Below, in pieces: positions 27,598 to 43,100 of a DNA stretch of 64,000 bases. Numbering within the stretch: position 1 is the stretch's first letter; each line of letters opens with the position of its first letter. Both the position numbers and the translations under genes were made by a program. Location: the NCBI RefSeq assembly GCF_009914755.1, contig NC_060940.1. One strand, written 5' to 3'. The DNA comes from the human T2T-CHM13v2.0 reference genome, Homo sapiens. The notes below the pieces were generated by a model that worked only from the letters and a program-made list of their open reading frames with translations, was not told the DNA's origin and did no database searches.

Positions 27598-30500
27598 ATG
27601 ATGATTCCATTCGAGTCCATTCGATGATTCCATTCGAGTCCATTTAATGATTCCATTGGGTTCAATTCAATGATGATTACATTGGATTCCGTTCTATGAT
27701 TCCATTCAATTCCGTTCATTGACAATTTGATTCCATTCGATGATGATTCCATTTGAGTTCATTCGATGATTCTATTTGATTCTCTTCGATGGTGATTCAA
27801 TTCTATTATATTGGACGATTCCATTCGATTCCATTTGATGTTGATTCAATTCGATTCTATTCGATGATGATTCCATTGGATTTCACTTGATGATTCTATT
27901 CGATTCCATTCAATGATGATTCACTTCTCGTCCATTGGATGATTCCATTTCATTCCATTCGACGATGATTCCATTCGATTCCATTCGATGATTCCATTTG
28001 ATTCCATGCGTCGGTGAGCAATTCGATTCAATTCCATGATGATTCTATTTGATTCAATTAGATGATGTTTCCATTCGAATCCATTCCATGATTATTCCAT
28101 TGGAATCCATTCGGCGATGATTCCATATGAGTCAATTCAATGATGATTCCATATGGGTCCGTTCGATGATAATTCCATTTGATTTCATTCGGTGCTTCTA
28201 TTCAATTCCAGTCGATGATGATTCCGTTGGAGTCCATACGATGATTCCATTTGATTTCATTTGATGATGATTCCATTCGATGATGATTACATTGGATTCC
28301 ATTCTATGATTCCATTCAATTCCATTCGTTGATGATTCGATTCCATTCAATGATGATTCCATTTGAGTTCATTCGATGATTCTATTCGATTCCGTTCGAT
28401 GGTGATTCAATTCTCTTATATTGGATGAATCCACTCGATTCCATTTGATGATTATTCCATTGGAGTCCACTTAGTGAATCCTTCAGATTCTACTCGAAGA
28501 TGATTCCATTCCAGTCCATTCGATGATACCATTCAATTCCATTCGTTGATGCTTCCATTCAAGTGCATTCGATGATATCATTCGATTCCATTTGATGATA
28601 ATTCCATTTGATTCCATGCGATGATTCTATTCGATTCCATTCAATGATAATTCCATTCAGTTCAGTGATTCCTCTGGACTCCATTTGATGATGATTCCAT
28701 TCAATGATTCCATTCGATTCTATTCGAAAATGATTCCATTTGAATCCATTTGATGATGATTCCATTAGATTCCATTTGATGATTCCATTCGATTCCATGC
28801 GACGATGATTCCATTCGATTCCATTTGATGATTCCATTCTATTCTATTCGATGATGATTCCATTCGATTCCATTCGATGATGATTGGATTTGATTCCATT
28901 TGATGATTTCATTTGATTCCATTCGTTAATGATTTCGATCAATTCCATTCGATGATTCCATTCGATTCCATTCGATAATGATTACATCCGTGTCCATTCA
29001 ATGATTCCATTTGAGCCTGTTCGATAATTCCATTTGATTCCAACCAATGATTCCATTCATTTCCATTCAATGATTCCATTCGAGTCCATTTGATCATTCC
29101 GGTAGGGTCCATTCGATGTTGATTCCATTGGAGTGCGTTCGATGATTCCATTCGAGTCCATTTTAGGATTTGATTCGAGTCCTTTCGATGATTCCATTCG
29201 ATTCCACTCGATGATGATTTCATTCGAGTCCATTCGACACTTCCAATCGATTCCATTTGATGTTTCCATTCGATTCCAATTGATGATTCCATTCAATTCC
29301 ATTCGATGATGATTCCGTACGATTCCATTCTGTGATGATTCCATGTGATTGCATTCAATGATGATTCCTTTCGATTGCATTCGATTATGATTCATTTCGT
29401 GTTCATTCTATGGTTCCACAGGTTTCCATTCGATGATGTTTCCATTCGTGTCCATTCCATTATTCCTTTCTATTCCATTTGAAGATGATTCCATTCGATT
29501 CCATTCATTGGTGATTCCACTCAATTCCATTCAATGATTCCATTCCATTTCTTTCAACAATGATTCCATTAGTTTCTATTCGATGATCCACTTGATTCCA
29601 TTTGACGATGATTCCATTCGTGTCCATTCGATGATTCCATTTGATTCCATATGATGATGATTCCATTCGATTCCATACGATGATGATTCCATTCGAGTCC
29701 ATTCAATGGTGATTCCATTCAATTCCATTCGATGATTCCTTTCGATTCCATTCAATGATGATGGCATTCGATTCCTTTCGATCATTCCCTTTGATTCCAT
29801 TCAAAGGTGATTTCATTCAAGTCCATTCGATAATTGCATTCGATTCCATTCTATGATGATTCCATTCGAGTCCATTCGATGATTCCATTCGAGTCCATTT
29901 AATGATTCCATTGGGTTCAATTCAATGATGATTACATTGGATTCCGTTCTATGATTCCATTCAATTCCGTTCATTGACAATTTGATTCCATTCGATGATG
30001 ATTCCATTTGAGTTCATTCGATGATTCTATTTGATTCTCTTCGATGGTGATTCAATTCTATTATATTGGATGATTCCATTCGATTCCATTTGATGTTGAT
30101 TCAATTCGATTCTATTCGATGATGATTCCATTGGATTTCACTTGATGATTCTATTCGATTCCATTCAATGATGATTCACTTCTCGTCCATTGGATGATTC
30201 CATTTCATTCCATTCGATGATGATTCCATTCGATTCCATTCGATGATTCCATTTGATTCCATGCGTCGGTGAGCAGTTCGATTCAATTCCATGATGATTC
30301 TATTTGATTCAATTAGATGATGTTTCCATTCGAATCCATTCCATGATTATTCCATTGGAATCCATTCGGCGATGATTCCATATGAGTCAATTCAATGATG
30401 ATTCCATATGGGTCCGTTCGATGATAATTCCATTTGATTTCATTCGGTGCTTCTATTCAATTCCAGTCGATGATGATTCCGTTGGAGTCCATACGATGAT

Positions 30501-33500
30501 TCCATTTGATTTCATTTGATGATGATTCCATTCGATGATGATTACATTGGATTCCATTCTATGATTCCATTCAATTCCATTCGTTGATGATTCGATTCCA
30601 TTCAATGATGATTCCATTTGAGTTCATTCGATGATTCTATTCGATTCCGTTCGATGGTGATTCAATTCTCTTATATTGGATGAATCCACTCGATTCCATT
30701 TGATGATTATTCCATTGGAGTCCACTTAGTGAATCCTTCAGATTCTACTCGAAGATGATTCCATTCCAGTCCATTCGATGATACCATTCAATTCCATTCG
30801 TTGATGCTTCCATTCAAGTGCATTCGATGATATCATTCGATTCCATTTGATGATAATTCCATTTGATTCCATGCGATGATTCTATTCGATTCCATTCAAT
30901 GATAATTCCATTCAGTTCAGTGATTCCTCTGGACTCCATTTGATGATGATTCCATTCAATGATTCCATTCGATTCTATTCGAAAATGATTCCATTTGAAT
31001 CCATTTGATGATGATTCCATTAGATTCCATTTGATGATTCCATTCGATTCCATGCGATGATGATTCCATTCGATTCCATTTGATGATTCCATTCTATTCT
31101 ATTCGATGATGATTCCATTCGATTCCATTCGATGATGATTCGATTTGATTCCATTTGATGATTTCATTTGATTCCATTCGTTAATGATTTCGATCAATTC
31201 CATTCGATGATTCCATTCGATTCCATTCGATAATGATTACATCCGTGTCCATTCAATGATTCCATTTGAGCCTGTTCGATAATTCCATTTGATTCCAACC
31301 AATGATTCCATTCATTTCCATTCAATGATTCCATTCGAGTCCATTTGATCATTCCGGTAGGGTCCATTCGATGTTGATTCCATTGGAGTGCATTCGATGA
31401 TTCCATTCGAGTCCATTTTAGGATTTGATTCGAGTCCTTTCGATGATTCCATTCGATTCCACTCGATGATGATTTCATTCGAGTCCATTCGACACTTCCA
31501 ATCGATTCCATTTGATGTTTCCATTCGATTCCAATTGATGATTCCATTCAATTCCATTCGATGATGATTCCGTACGATTCCATTCTGTGATGATTCCATG
31601 TGATTGCATTCAATGATGATTCCTTTCGATTGCATTCGATTATGATTCATTTCGTGTTCATTCTATGGTTCCACAGGTTTCCATTCGATGATGTTTCCAT
31701 TCGTGTCCATTCCATTATTCCTTTCTATTCCATTTGAAGATGATTCCATTCGATTCCATTCATTGGTGATTCCACTCAATTCCATTCAATGATTCCATTC
31801 CATTTCTTTCAACAATGATTCCATTAGTTTCTATTCGATGATCCACTTGATTCCATTTGACGATGATTCCATTCGTGTCCATTCGATGATTCCATTTGAT
31901 TCCATATGATGATGATTCCATTCGATTCCATACGATGATGATTCCATTCGAGTCCATTCAATGGTGATTCCATTCAATTCCATTCGATGATTCCTTTCGA
32001 TTCCATTCAATGATGATGGCATTCGATTCCTTTCGATCATTCCCTTTGATTCCATTCAAAGGTGATTTCATTCAAGTCCATTCGATAATTGCATTCGATT
32101 CCATTCTATGATGATTCCATTCGAGTCCATTCGATGATTCCATTCGAGTCCATTTAATGATTCCATTGGGTTCAATTCAATGATGATTACATTGGATTCC
32201 GTTCTATGATTCCATTCAATTCCGTTCATTGACAATTTGATTCCATTCGATGATGATTCCATTTGAGTTCATTCGATGATTCTATTTGATTCTCTTCGAT
32301 GGTGATTCAATTCTATTATATTGGATGATTCCATTCGATTCCATTTGATGTTGATTCAATTCGATTCTATTCGATGATGATTCCATTGGATTTCACTTGA
32401 TGATTCTATTCGATTCCATTCAATGATGATTCACTTCTCGTCCATTGGATGATTCCATTTCATTCCATTCGATGATGATTCCATTCGATTCCATTCGATG
32501 ATTCCATTTGATTCCATGCGTCGGTGAGCAATTCGATTCAATTCCATGATGATTCTATTTGATTCAATTAGATGATGTTTCCATTCGAATCCATTCCATG
32601 ATTATTCCATTGGAATCCATTCGGCGATGATTCCATATGAGTCAATTCAATGATGATTCCATATGGGTCCGTTCGATGATAATTCCATTTGATTTCATTC
32701 GGTGCTTCTATTCAATTCCAGTCGATGATGATTCCGTTGGAGTCCATAGGATGATTCCATTTGATTTCATTTGATGATGATTCCATTCGATGATGATTAC
32801 ATTGGATTCCATTCTATGATTCCATTCAATTCCATTCGTTGATGATTCGATTCCATTCAATGATGATTCCATTTGAGTTCATTTGATGATTCTATTCGAT
32901 TCCGTTCGATGGTGATTCAATTCTCTTATATTGGATGAATCCACTCGATTCCATTTGATGATTATTCCATTGGAGTCCACTTAGTGAATCCTTCAGATTC
33001 TACTCGAAGATGATTCCATTCAAGTCCATTCGATGATACCATTCAATTCCATTCGTTGATGCTTCCATTCAAGTGCATTCGATGATATCATTCGATTCCA
33101 TTTGATGATAATTCCATTTGATTCCATGCGATGATTCTATTCGATTCCATTCAATGATAATTCCATTCAATTCAGTGATTCCTCTGGACTCCATTTGATG
33201 ATGATTCCATTCAATGATTCCATTCGATTCTATTCGAAAATGATTCCATTTGAATCCATTTGATGATGATTCCATTAGATTCCATTTGATGATTCCATTC
33301 GATTCCATGTGACGATGATTCCATTCGATTCCATTTGATGATTCCATTCTATTCTATTCGATGATGATTCCATTCGATTCCATTCGATGATGATTGGATT
33401 TGATTCCATTTGATGATTTCATTTGATTCCATTCGTTAATGATTTCGATCAATTCCATTCGATGATTCCATTCGATTCCATTCGATAATGATTACATCCG

Positions 33501-34346
33501 TGTCCATTCAATGATTCCATTTGAGCCTGTTCGATAATTCCATTTGAGTCCAACCAATGATTCCATTCATTTCCATTCAATGATTCCATTCGAGTCCATT
33601 TGATCATTCCGGTAGGGTCCATTCGATGTTGATTCCATTGGAGTGCATTCGATGATTCCATTCGAGTCCTTTTTATGATTTGATTCGAGTCCTTTCGATG
33701 ATTCCATTCGATTCCACTCGATGATGATTTCATTCGAGTCCATTCGACACTTCCAATCGATTCCATTTGATGTTTCCATTCGAGTCCAATTGATGATTCC
33801 ATTCAATTCCATTCGATGATGATTCCGTACGATTCCATTCTGTGATGATTCCATGTGATTGCATTCAATGATGATTCCTTTAGATTGCATTCGATTGTGA
33901 TTCATTTCGTCTTCATTCTATGGTTCCACAGGTTTCCATTCGTGTCCATTCCATTATTCCATTCTATTCCATTTGATGATGATTCCATTCGATTCCATTC
34001 ATTGGTGATTCCACTCAATTCCATTCAATGATTCCATTCCATTTCTTTCAACAATGATTCCATTACATTCTAATCGATGATCCACTTGATTCCATTTGAC
34101 GACGATTCCATTCTTGTCCATTCGATGATTCCATTTGATTCCATATGATGATGATTCCATTCGATTCCATACGATGATGATTCCATTCGAGTCCATTCAA
34201 TGGTGATTCCATTCAATTCCATTCGATGATTCCTTTCGATTCCATTCGATGATGATGGCATTCGATTCCTTTCAATCATTCCCTTTGATTCCATTCAAAG
34301 GTGATTTCATTCGAGTCCATTCGATAATTGCATTCGATTCCATTCT
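27598..34346 (+). repeat. Tandem triplication of a 2,255-bp sub-unit
   Basis: ORFs at 28559/30814/33069, 28939/31194/33449 and ends 27752/30007/32262 are all spaced 2,255. The third copy is 16 bp shorter (31760->33999 = 2,239). Identical junctions lie at ~29,853-29,876 and ~32,108-32,131. Confidence 0.93.
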
Positions 34347-37300
34347 ATGATGATTCCATTCGAGTCCATTTGATGATTCCATTCAATTCAAGTCAATGAT
34401 GATTCCATTCGATTCCATTCGATGATTCCATTCGATTCCATTCGATGATGATTCCATTCAAATCCATTCGATAATTCAATTCAAGTCCATTCGATGATGA
34501 TTAAAATCGAATCCATTCAAAGATTCCATTCAGTTCCATTCGATGATTCCCTTAGATTCCATTCGATGATTCCACTTGATTCCATTTACGATGATTCCAT
34601 TCGATTCCATGTGATGATTCCATTCAATTCTATTCAATGCTGTTTCCATTTGATTCCATTCGACCATGATTGCCTTTGATTCCATTCAATGACTCCATTC
34701 GGTTCCTTTTGATGATGATTCCGTTCGATTCCATTTCATTATTCCATTTGATTCCATTGGATGAGTCCATTCGATTACATTCGATGATTATTCCATTCGA
34801 GTGCATTAGATGATTCCATTCGAGTCCATTCGATGATTCCATTCGATTCCATTCGATGTTGATTCTGTTCAAATCCATTCGACGATTCCACTCGATTCCA
34901 TTCGATGACTCCAGTTGATCCCATTCGATGATTTCCTTTGATTCCCTTTGATGATCATTCCATTTGATTCAATTCGGTGATTTCATTTCATTCCATTCAG
35001 TGATGTTTCCATTCGACTCCATTCGATGATGATTCCATTCGACTCCATTCGATTATGATTTCATTCAATTCCATTCGATAATGATTCCCTTTGAGTCCAT
35101 TCGATGATTCCATTCGATTCCATTCAACAATGATTTGATTCGTGTCCATTCGATGATTCCATTTGATTCCACTTGATGATGATTCCATTCGAGTCCATTT
35201 GATGATTCCATTCAATTCCATTCTCCGATGATTTCTTTTGAGCCCAGTCAATGCTTCCACTCGATTCCATATGATGATGACTCCATTCGATGAAATTCGA
35301 TGATGATTCCATTCGCTTGCATTCGATGATGATTCCACTTGAGTCCATTAGATGATTCTATTCAATTATATTCCATGACGATTCCGTTCGAGTCCATGTG
35401 ATGATTCCATTAGACTCCATTCGACGATGATTCCATTCGATGTTATTCGATGATTCCATTCAATCTCATTCGATGATGATTCCATTCAACTCCATTCGAT
35501 GTTTCCATTCGAGTTCATTCTATTATTCCATTAGATTCCATTCGATGATGATTCCATTCGATTCCATTTGATGATTGCATTCTATTTCATTTGATGATGA
35601 TTCCATTCGAGTCCACTCGATGATTCCATTCGAGTCCATTTAATGAATCCATTGGTTTCAATTCTATGATGATTACATTGGATTCCATTCGTTGATGATT
35701 TCATTCGGTTCCATTCAATGATGATTCCATTCAATTCCTTTCAATGTTTCCATTCAATTCCATACGATGATGATTCCATTTGATTTGATTCGACAGTGAG
35801 CCATTCGATTCAATTCCATGATGATTCTATTTGATTCAATTGGTTGACATTTCCATTCGATTCCATTCGATGATGATTCCCTTTGATTCCGTTCAAAGAT
35901 GATTCCATTCTAGCCCATTCAATCATTCCATTCGATTCTATTCAATGATGATTCCATTCATGTCGATTTGGTGATTCCATTTGACTTCATTTGATGATGA
36001 TTCCTTTCAAGTTCATTAGATGATTCCATTCGATTCCATTTGATGATGATCCCATTCGAGTCAATTCAGTGATTCCACTCGTTTCCATTCCATGATGATT
36101 CCATTCCATTCCATTCAATGATTCCATTCGATTCCGTTTGATGATGATTTCATTCGAGTCCATTTGATGATTCCATTTGATTCCATTCGATGATGATTCC
36201 ATTCGAGTCCATTCGATGATTCTGTTCGAATCCATTTGATGATTTCCTTTGATTATAGTTGGTGATGATTCCATTGGAGTCCATTCAATGATTCCATTCG
36301 ATTCCAATCGATGGTGATTCCATTAGAGTCCATTTAACGATTCCATTTGATTCCAGTCTCTGATGATTACATTCGAGTCCATACGATGATTCCACTCAAT
36401 TCCATATGATGATGATTCCATTCCATTCCATTCGATGATTCCATTCTATTCTATTCAATGGTGATTCCATTCGAGTACATTAGATGATTCCATTCGATTC
36501 CATTCAATGATGATTCTATTTGTGTCCCTTAGATGAGTCCACATGATTCCATTAGATCATGATACTATTTGAGCCCATCCAATGATTCCCTTCGATTCCA
36601 TTCGATGAGGATTCCATTCGATTCAATTCATTGGTGATTCTATTCAATTCAATTCTTTGATTCCATTCCATTCCATTCGACAATGATTCCATTCGATTTC
36701 TTTCGATGATTCCACTCGATTCCACTTGACATTGATTCCCTTCGATTCCATTCAATGATTCCATTTGATTCCAGTGGATGATGATTGCCATCGATTCCAT
36801 TCAATCACTCCATTCTATTCCATTTGATGATGATTACATTCGATTCCATTTGACGATTCCATCTGATTCTATTCGAGGATTCCATTTGATTCCATTCGAT
36901 GATGATTCCATTCGAGTCCATTCGATGATTTCATTCGAGTACATCCAATGATTCCATTCGAGTCCATTTGATGATTCCATTTGATTCCATTTGATAATGA
37001 TTCTACTAGAGTCCATTCAATGACTCCATTGGAGTCCATTCAACAATTCCATTCGACTCCATTTGATGATTCCATTCGATTCCATTTGATGATTCCATTC
37101 GAGTCCATTTAATCATTACAGTCGAGTCCATTTGGTGATTCCACCGGATTTCTTTTGATAATGATACCATTCAATTACATTTGATGATGATCCCATTCAA
37201 TTTCATTTGATGGTGATTCCATTAGAGTCCATTCGATGATTTCATTCGAGTCCCTTCATTGATTCCATCCGATTTCATTGGATGATGACTCCATTCGAGT

Positions 37301-38122
37301 CCATTCGATGATTCCACTCGATTCCATTAGATGATTCCATTGGAGTCCATTTGATTGTTCCATTCGATTCCATTCGATTCCTTTCGAAGATTATTCCATT
37401 TGAGTCCATTCGATGATGATTCCATTCCATTCCATTCGATGATTCCGTTTGATTCCATTCGATGATTCCCTTCGATTCCTTTCTTTGATGATTCCATTCC
37501 ATTCCATTCAATGATTCCATTCGAATCTATTCCATGATGATTCCTTTCGATTCCATTCGCTGATGTTTCCTTTCAATTCCATTCGATGATGATTCCATTC
37601 GATTCCATTCATTGAGGATTCCATTTGATTCCATTCAATGATGATTCCATTCTATTCCATTCAATGATTGCATTCAATTCCATTCAATGATTATCCCCTT
37701 AGAGTAAACTCAACGATTCCATTCAATACCATTCGATGATGATTCCTTTTGAGTCCATTCAATGATTTCATTCAAGTCCATTTGATGATTCCTTTCAATT
37801 CCATTCTATGATGATTCCATTTGAGTCCATTCGATGATTCCATTCGATTGCATTCGATGATTCCATTATATTCCAGTCAACGATGATTCCATTCGAGTCC
37901 ATTCGATGATTCCATTAGAGAACATTTAATGATTGCTTTGTTTTCAATTCGAAGATGATTACATTGGATTCCATTCTATGATACCATTCGATTCCATTCA
38001 ATGATGATTCCACTCAAATCCATTGGATGATTCCATTCGTGTCCATTCGGTGATTTCATTAGATTCCATTCGAGGATGATTCCATTCGATTCCATTCGAT
38101 GATTCCATTCAATTCCATTCGA

Positions 38123-38318
38123 TGATGATTCCATTCCAGTCCATATGATCATTCCATTTGATTTCATTTGATGATGATTCCATTCGATTCCATTCGATGA
38201 TTCCATTCTATTCCATTCGATGATGATTCCATTCCAGTCCATGTGATCATTCCATTTGATTTCATTCGATGATGATTCCATTCGATTCCATTCGATGATT
38301 CCATTCTATTCCATTCGA
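38123..38318 (+). repeat. 98-bp local tandem duplication
   Basis: CCATTCCAGTCCAT[A/G]TGATCATTCC occurs at 38,131 and 38,229. The offset to the canonical unit changes from 9,990 to 9,892. Confidence 0.88.
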
Positions 38319-40147
38319 TGATGATTCCATTCGAGTCCATTCGATGATTCCATTCGAGTCCATTTAATGATTCCATTGGGTTCAATTCAATGATGATTAC
38401 ATTGGATTCCGTTCTATGATTCCATTCAATTCCGTTCATTGACAATTTGATTCCATTCGATGATGATTCCATTTGAGTTCATTCGATGATTCTATTTGAT
38501 TCTCTTCGATGGTGATTCAATTCTATTATATTGGATGATTCCATTCGATTCCATTTGATGTTGATTCAATTCGATTCTATTCGATGATGATTCCATTGGA
38601 TTTCACTTGATGATTCTATTCGATTCCATTCAATGATGATTCACTTCTCGTCCATTGGATGATTCCATTTCATTCCATTCGATGATGATTCCATTCGATT
38701 CCATTTGATGATTCCATTTGATTCCATGTGTCGGTGAGCAATTCGATTCAATTCCATGATGATTCTATTTGATTCAATTAGATGATGTTTCCATTCGAAT
38801 CCATTCCATGATTATTCCATTGGAATCCATTCGGCGATGATTCCATATGAGTCAATTCAATGATGATTCCATATGGGTCCGTTCGATGATAATTCCATTT
38901 GATTTCATTCGGTGCTTCTATTCAATTCCAGTCGATGATGATTCCGTTGGAGTCCATACGATGATTCCATTTGATTTCATTTGATGATGATTCCATTCGA
39001 TGATGATTACATTGGATTCCAGTCTATGATTCCATTCAATTCCATTCGTTGATAATTCGATTCCATTCAATGATGATTCCATTTGAGTTCATTCGATGAT
39101 TCTATTCGATTCCGTTCGATGGTGATTCAATTCTCTTATATTGGATGAATCCACTCGATTCCATTTGATGATTATTCCATTGGAGTCCACTTAGTGAATC
39201 CTTCAGATTCTACTCGAAGATGATTCCATTCAAGTCCATTCGATGATACCATTCAATTCCATTCGTTGATGCTTCCATTCAAGTGCATTCGATGATATCA
39301 TTCGATTCCATTTGATGATAATTCCATTTGAATCCATGCGATGATTCTATTCGATTCCATTCAATGATAATTCCATTCAGTTCAGTGATTCCTCTGGACT
39401 CCATTTGATGATGATTCCATTCAATGATTCCATTCGATTCTATTCGAAAATGATTCCATTTGAATCCATTTGATGATGATTCCATTAGATTCCATTTGAT
39501 GATTCCATTCGATTCCATGCGACGATGATTCCATTCGATTCCATTTGATGATTCCATTCTATTCTATTCGATGATGATTCCATTCGATTCCATTCGATGA
39601 TGATTGGATTTGATTCCATTTGATGATTTCATTTGATTCCATTCGTTAATGATTTTGATCAATTCCATTCGATGATTCCATTCGATTCCATTCGATAATG
39701 ATTACATCCGTGTCCATTCAATGATTCCATTTGAGCCTGTTCGATAATTCCATTTGAGTCCAACCAATGATTCCATTCATTTCCATTCAATGATTCCATT
39801 CGAGTCCATTTGACCATTCCGGTAGGGTCCATTCGATGTTGATTCCATTGGAGTGCATTCGATGATTCCATTCGAGTCCATTTTATGATTTGATTCGAGT
39901 CCTTTCGATGATTCCATTCGATTCCACTCGATGATGATTTCATTCGAGTCCATTCGACACTTCCAATCGATTCCATTTGATGTTTCCATTCGAGTCCAAT
40001 TGATGATTCCATTCAATTCCATTCGATGATGATTCCGTACGATTCCATTCTGTGATGATTCCATGTGATTGCATTCAATGATGATTCCTTTAGATTGCAT
40101 TCGATTGTGATTCATTTCGTCTTCATTCTATGGTTCCACAGGCTTCC

Positions 40148-43100
40148 ATTCGATGACGTTTCCATTCGTGTCCATTCCATTATTCCATTCTATTCCATTT
40201 GATGATGATTCCATTCGATTCCATTCATTGGTGATTCCACTCAATTCCATTCAATGATTCCATTCCATTTCTTTCAACAATGATTCCATTAGTTTCTATT
40301 CGATGATCCACTTGATTCCATTTGGCGATGATTCCATTCGTGTCCATTCGATGATTCCATTTGATTCCATATGATGATGATTCCATTCGATTCCATACCA
40401 TGATGATTCCATTCGAGTCCATTCAATGGTGATTCCATTCAATTCCATTCGATGATTCCTTCCGATTCCATTCGATGATGATGGCATTCGATTCCTTTCA
40501 ATCATTCCCTTTGATTCCATTCAAAGGTGATTTCATTCAAGTCCATTCGATAATTGCATTCGATTCCATTCTATGATGATTCCATTCGAGTCCATTTGAT
40601 GATTCCATTCAATTCAAGTCAATGATGATTCCATTCGATTCCACTCGATGATTCCATTGGATTCCATTCGATGATGATTCCATTCAAATCCATTCGATAA
40701 TTCAATTCAAGTCCATTCGATGATGATTCCAATCGAATCCATTCAAAGATTCCATTCAATTCCATTCGATGATGATTCCCTTAGATTCCATTCGATGATT
40801 CCACTTGATTCCATTTACGATGATTCCATTCGATTCCATGTGATGAATCCATTCAATTCTATTCAATGATGTTTCCATTTGATTCCATTGGACCATGATT
40901 GCCTTTGATTCCATTCAATGATTCCATTCGGTTCCATTTGATGATGATTCCGTTCGATTCCATTTCTTTATTCCATTTGATTCCATTGGATGAGTCCATT
41001 CGATTACATTCGATGATTATTCCATTCGAGTGCATTAGATGATTGCATTCGAGTCCATTCGATGATTCCATTCGATTCCATTCGATGTTGATTCTGTTCA
41101 AATCCATTCGATGATTCCACTCGATTCCAATCGATGACTCCATTTGATCCCATTCGATGATTTCCTGTGATTCCCTTTGATGATCATTCTATTTGATTCA
41201 ATTCGGTGATTTCATTTCATTCCATTCAGTGATGTTTCCATTCGACTGTATTCGATGATGATTCCATTCGACTCCATTCGATTATGATTTCATTCAATTC
41301 CATTCAATAATGATTCCCTTCGAGTCCATTCGATGATTCCATTCGATTCCATTCAACGATGATTTGATTCGTTTCCATTCGATGATTCCATTTGATTCCA
41401 CTTGATGATGATTCCATTCGAGTCCATTTGATGATTCCATTCGAGTTTATTTATGTATTATATTCGTGTCCACTTCATGATTCCATTCAATTCCATTTAA
41501 TGTTGATTCCATTTGATTCCATTTGATGATTCAGTTCGATTCCTTGCAATGATTCCCTACGATTCCTTTCTCTGATGATTCCATTCGATTCCATTCATTG
41601 ATGATTTCATTCGACTCCATTCGATGATGATTCCTTTCGATTCCATTTGACGATGTTTCCATTCGAGTCCATTCGATGATGATTCTATTCAATTCTGTTC
41701 TATTATGATTCCATTCGATTTCATTCAATGCTTCTATTTGATTCCATTCGATGATGATTCCATCTCTTTCCCTTCGATGATTCCATTTGATTCCATTCAG
41801 TGATGATTCCATTTGATTCCATCTGATGATGATTTCACTTGATTCCTTTCAATGATGATTTAATTCAAGTCCATTCGATGATTCCATTGGAGTCCAAACG
41901 ATCATTCCGTTCGATTCCATTCAATGGTGATTCCATTCATGTCCATTCGATGAATCCATTCAATTCCATTCGATGATGACTCCATTCGAGTACATTCGAT
42001 GATTCCATTTGATTCCATTTGAAGATGATTCCATTCAATTCCATTCGAAGATGATTCCATTCAATTCCATTCGATGATGATTCCGTATGAATGCATTCTC
42101 TGATTATTCCATTCGATTCCATTCATTGACGATTCCATTCAATTCCATTCAATGATGATTCTCTTCTATTCCATTCGATGATTCCGGTCGATTCCATTCG
42201 ATGATGATTCCATTAGATTCCATTCGATTGTTGCATTCGATTCCCTTCGATGATGATTCCTTTGAATTCCATTCGATTATCATTCCGTATGAATCCATTT
42301 GATGATTATTCCATTGGATTCCTTTCGATGATGATTCCATTCGATTCCATTTGATGATGTTTCTCTTGTATTCCATTGGATAATTCCTTTCAGTTCCCTT
42401 CGATGATTATTCTTTCGAGTCAATTCGATGATTCTATTACATTCCCTTCGATGATGATTCCATTTCACTCCATTTGATGATTCCATTCGACTCAATTTGG
42501 TGATGATTCAATTCGATGACATTCGATGACTCCATTCAATTTCATTTGATGATGATTACATTCGAGTCCATTTGATGATTGTATTCCTTTCCTTTTGATG
42601 ATTATTCCATTCGTGTCTATTCAAAGGTTCCATTCTATTCCATTCAATGATGATTGCATTTGATTCCATTCAATGATTATGGCTATCGATTCCACTCGTT
42701 GATTCCATTTGATTCCGTTCGATGATTATTCCGTTAGATTCCATTAGAAGATTCCATTCGATTTTATTCAATGATTCCAATGGATTCCATTCAATGATGA
42801 TTCCATTCGACTCCATTCAGTGATTCCATTCGAGTCCATTTGATGATTCCATTCTTTTCCATTTGATGAGGATTCCATTAGGGTCCATTCAATGATTCCA
42901 TTTGAGTCCATTCGTTAATGCCTTTCGAGACCTTTTGATCACTACATTCGAGTCCATTCAATGATTCTATTTGATTCCATTCCATGATGATTCCATTCGA
43001 GTTCATTCGATGATTGCATTCGAGTCCATTTGATGATTCCATATGATTCCCTTCGACAATGATTCCATTCGTGTCCATTTGATGATTCCATTCATTTCCT

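Noticed and set aside
34494-34679. Sole plus-strand ORF (61 aa)
   Set aside because: A chance opening in one satellite copy; the homologous copies do not yield a listed ORF.
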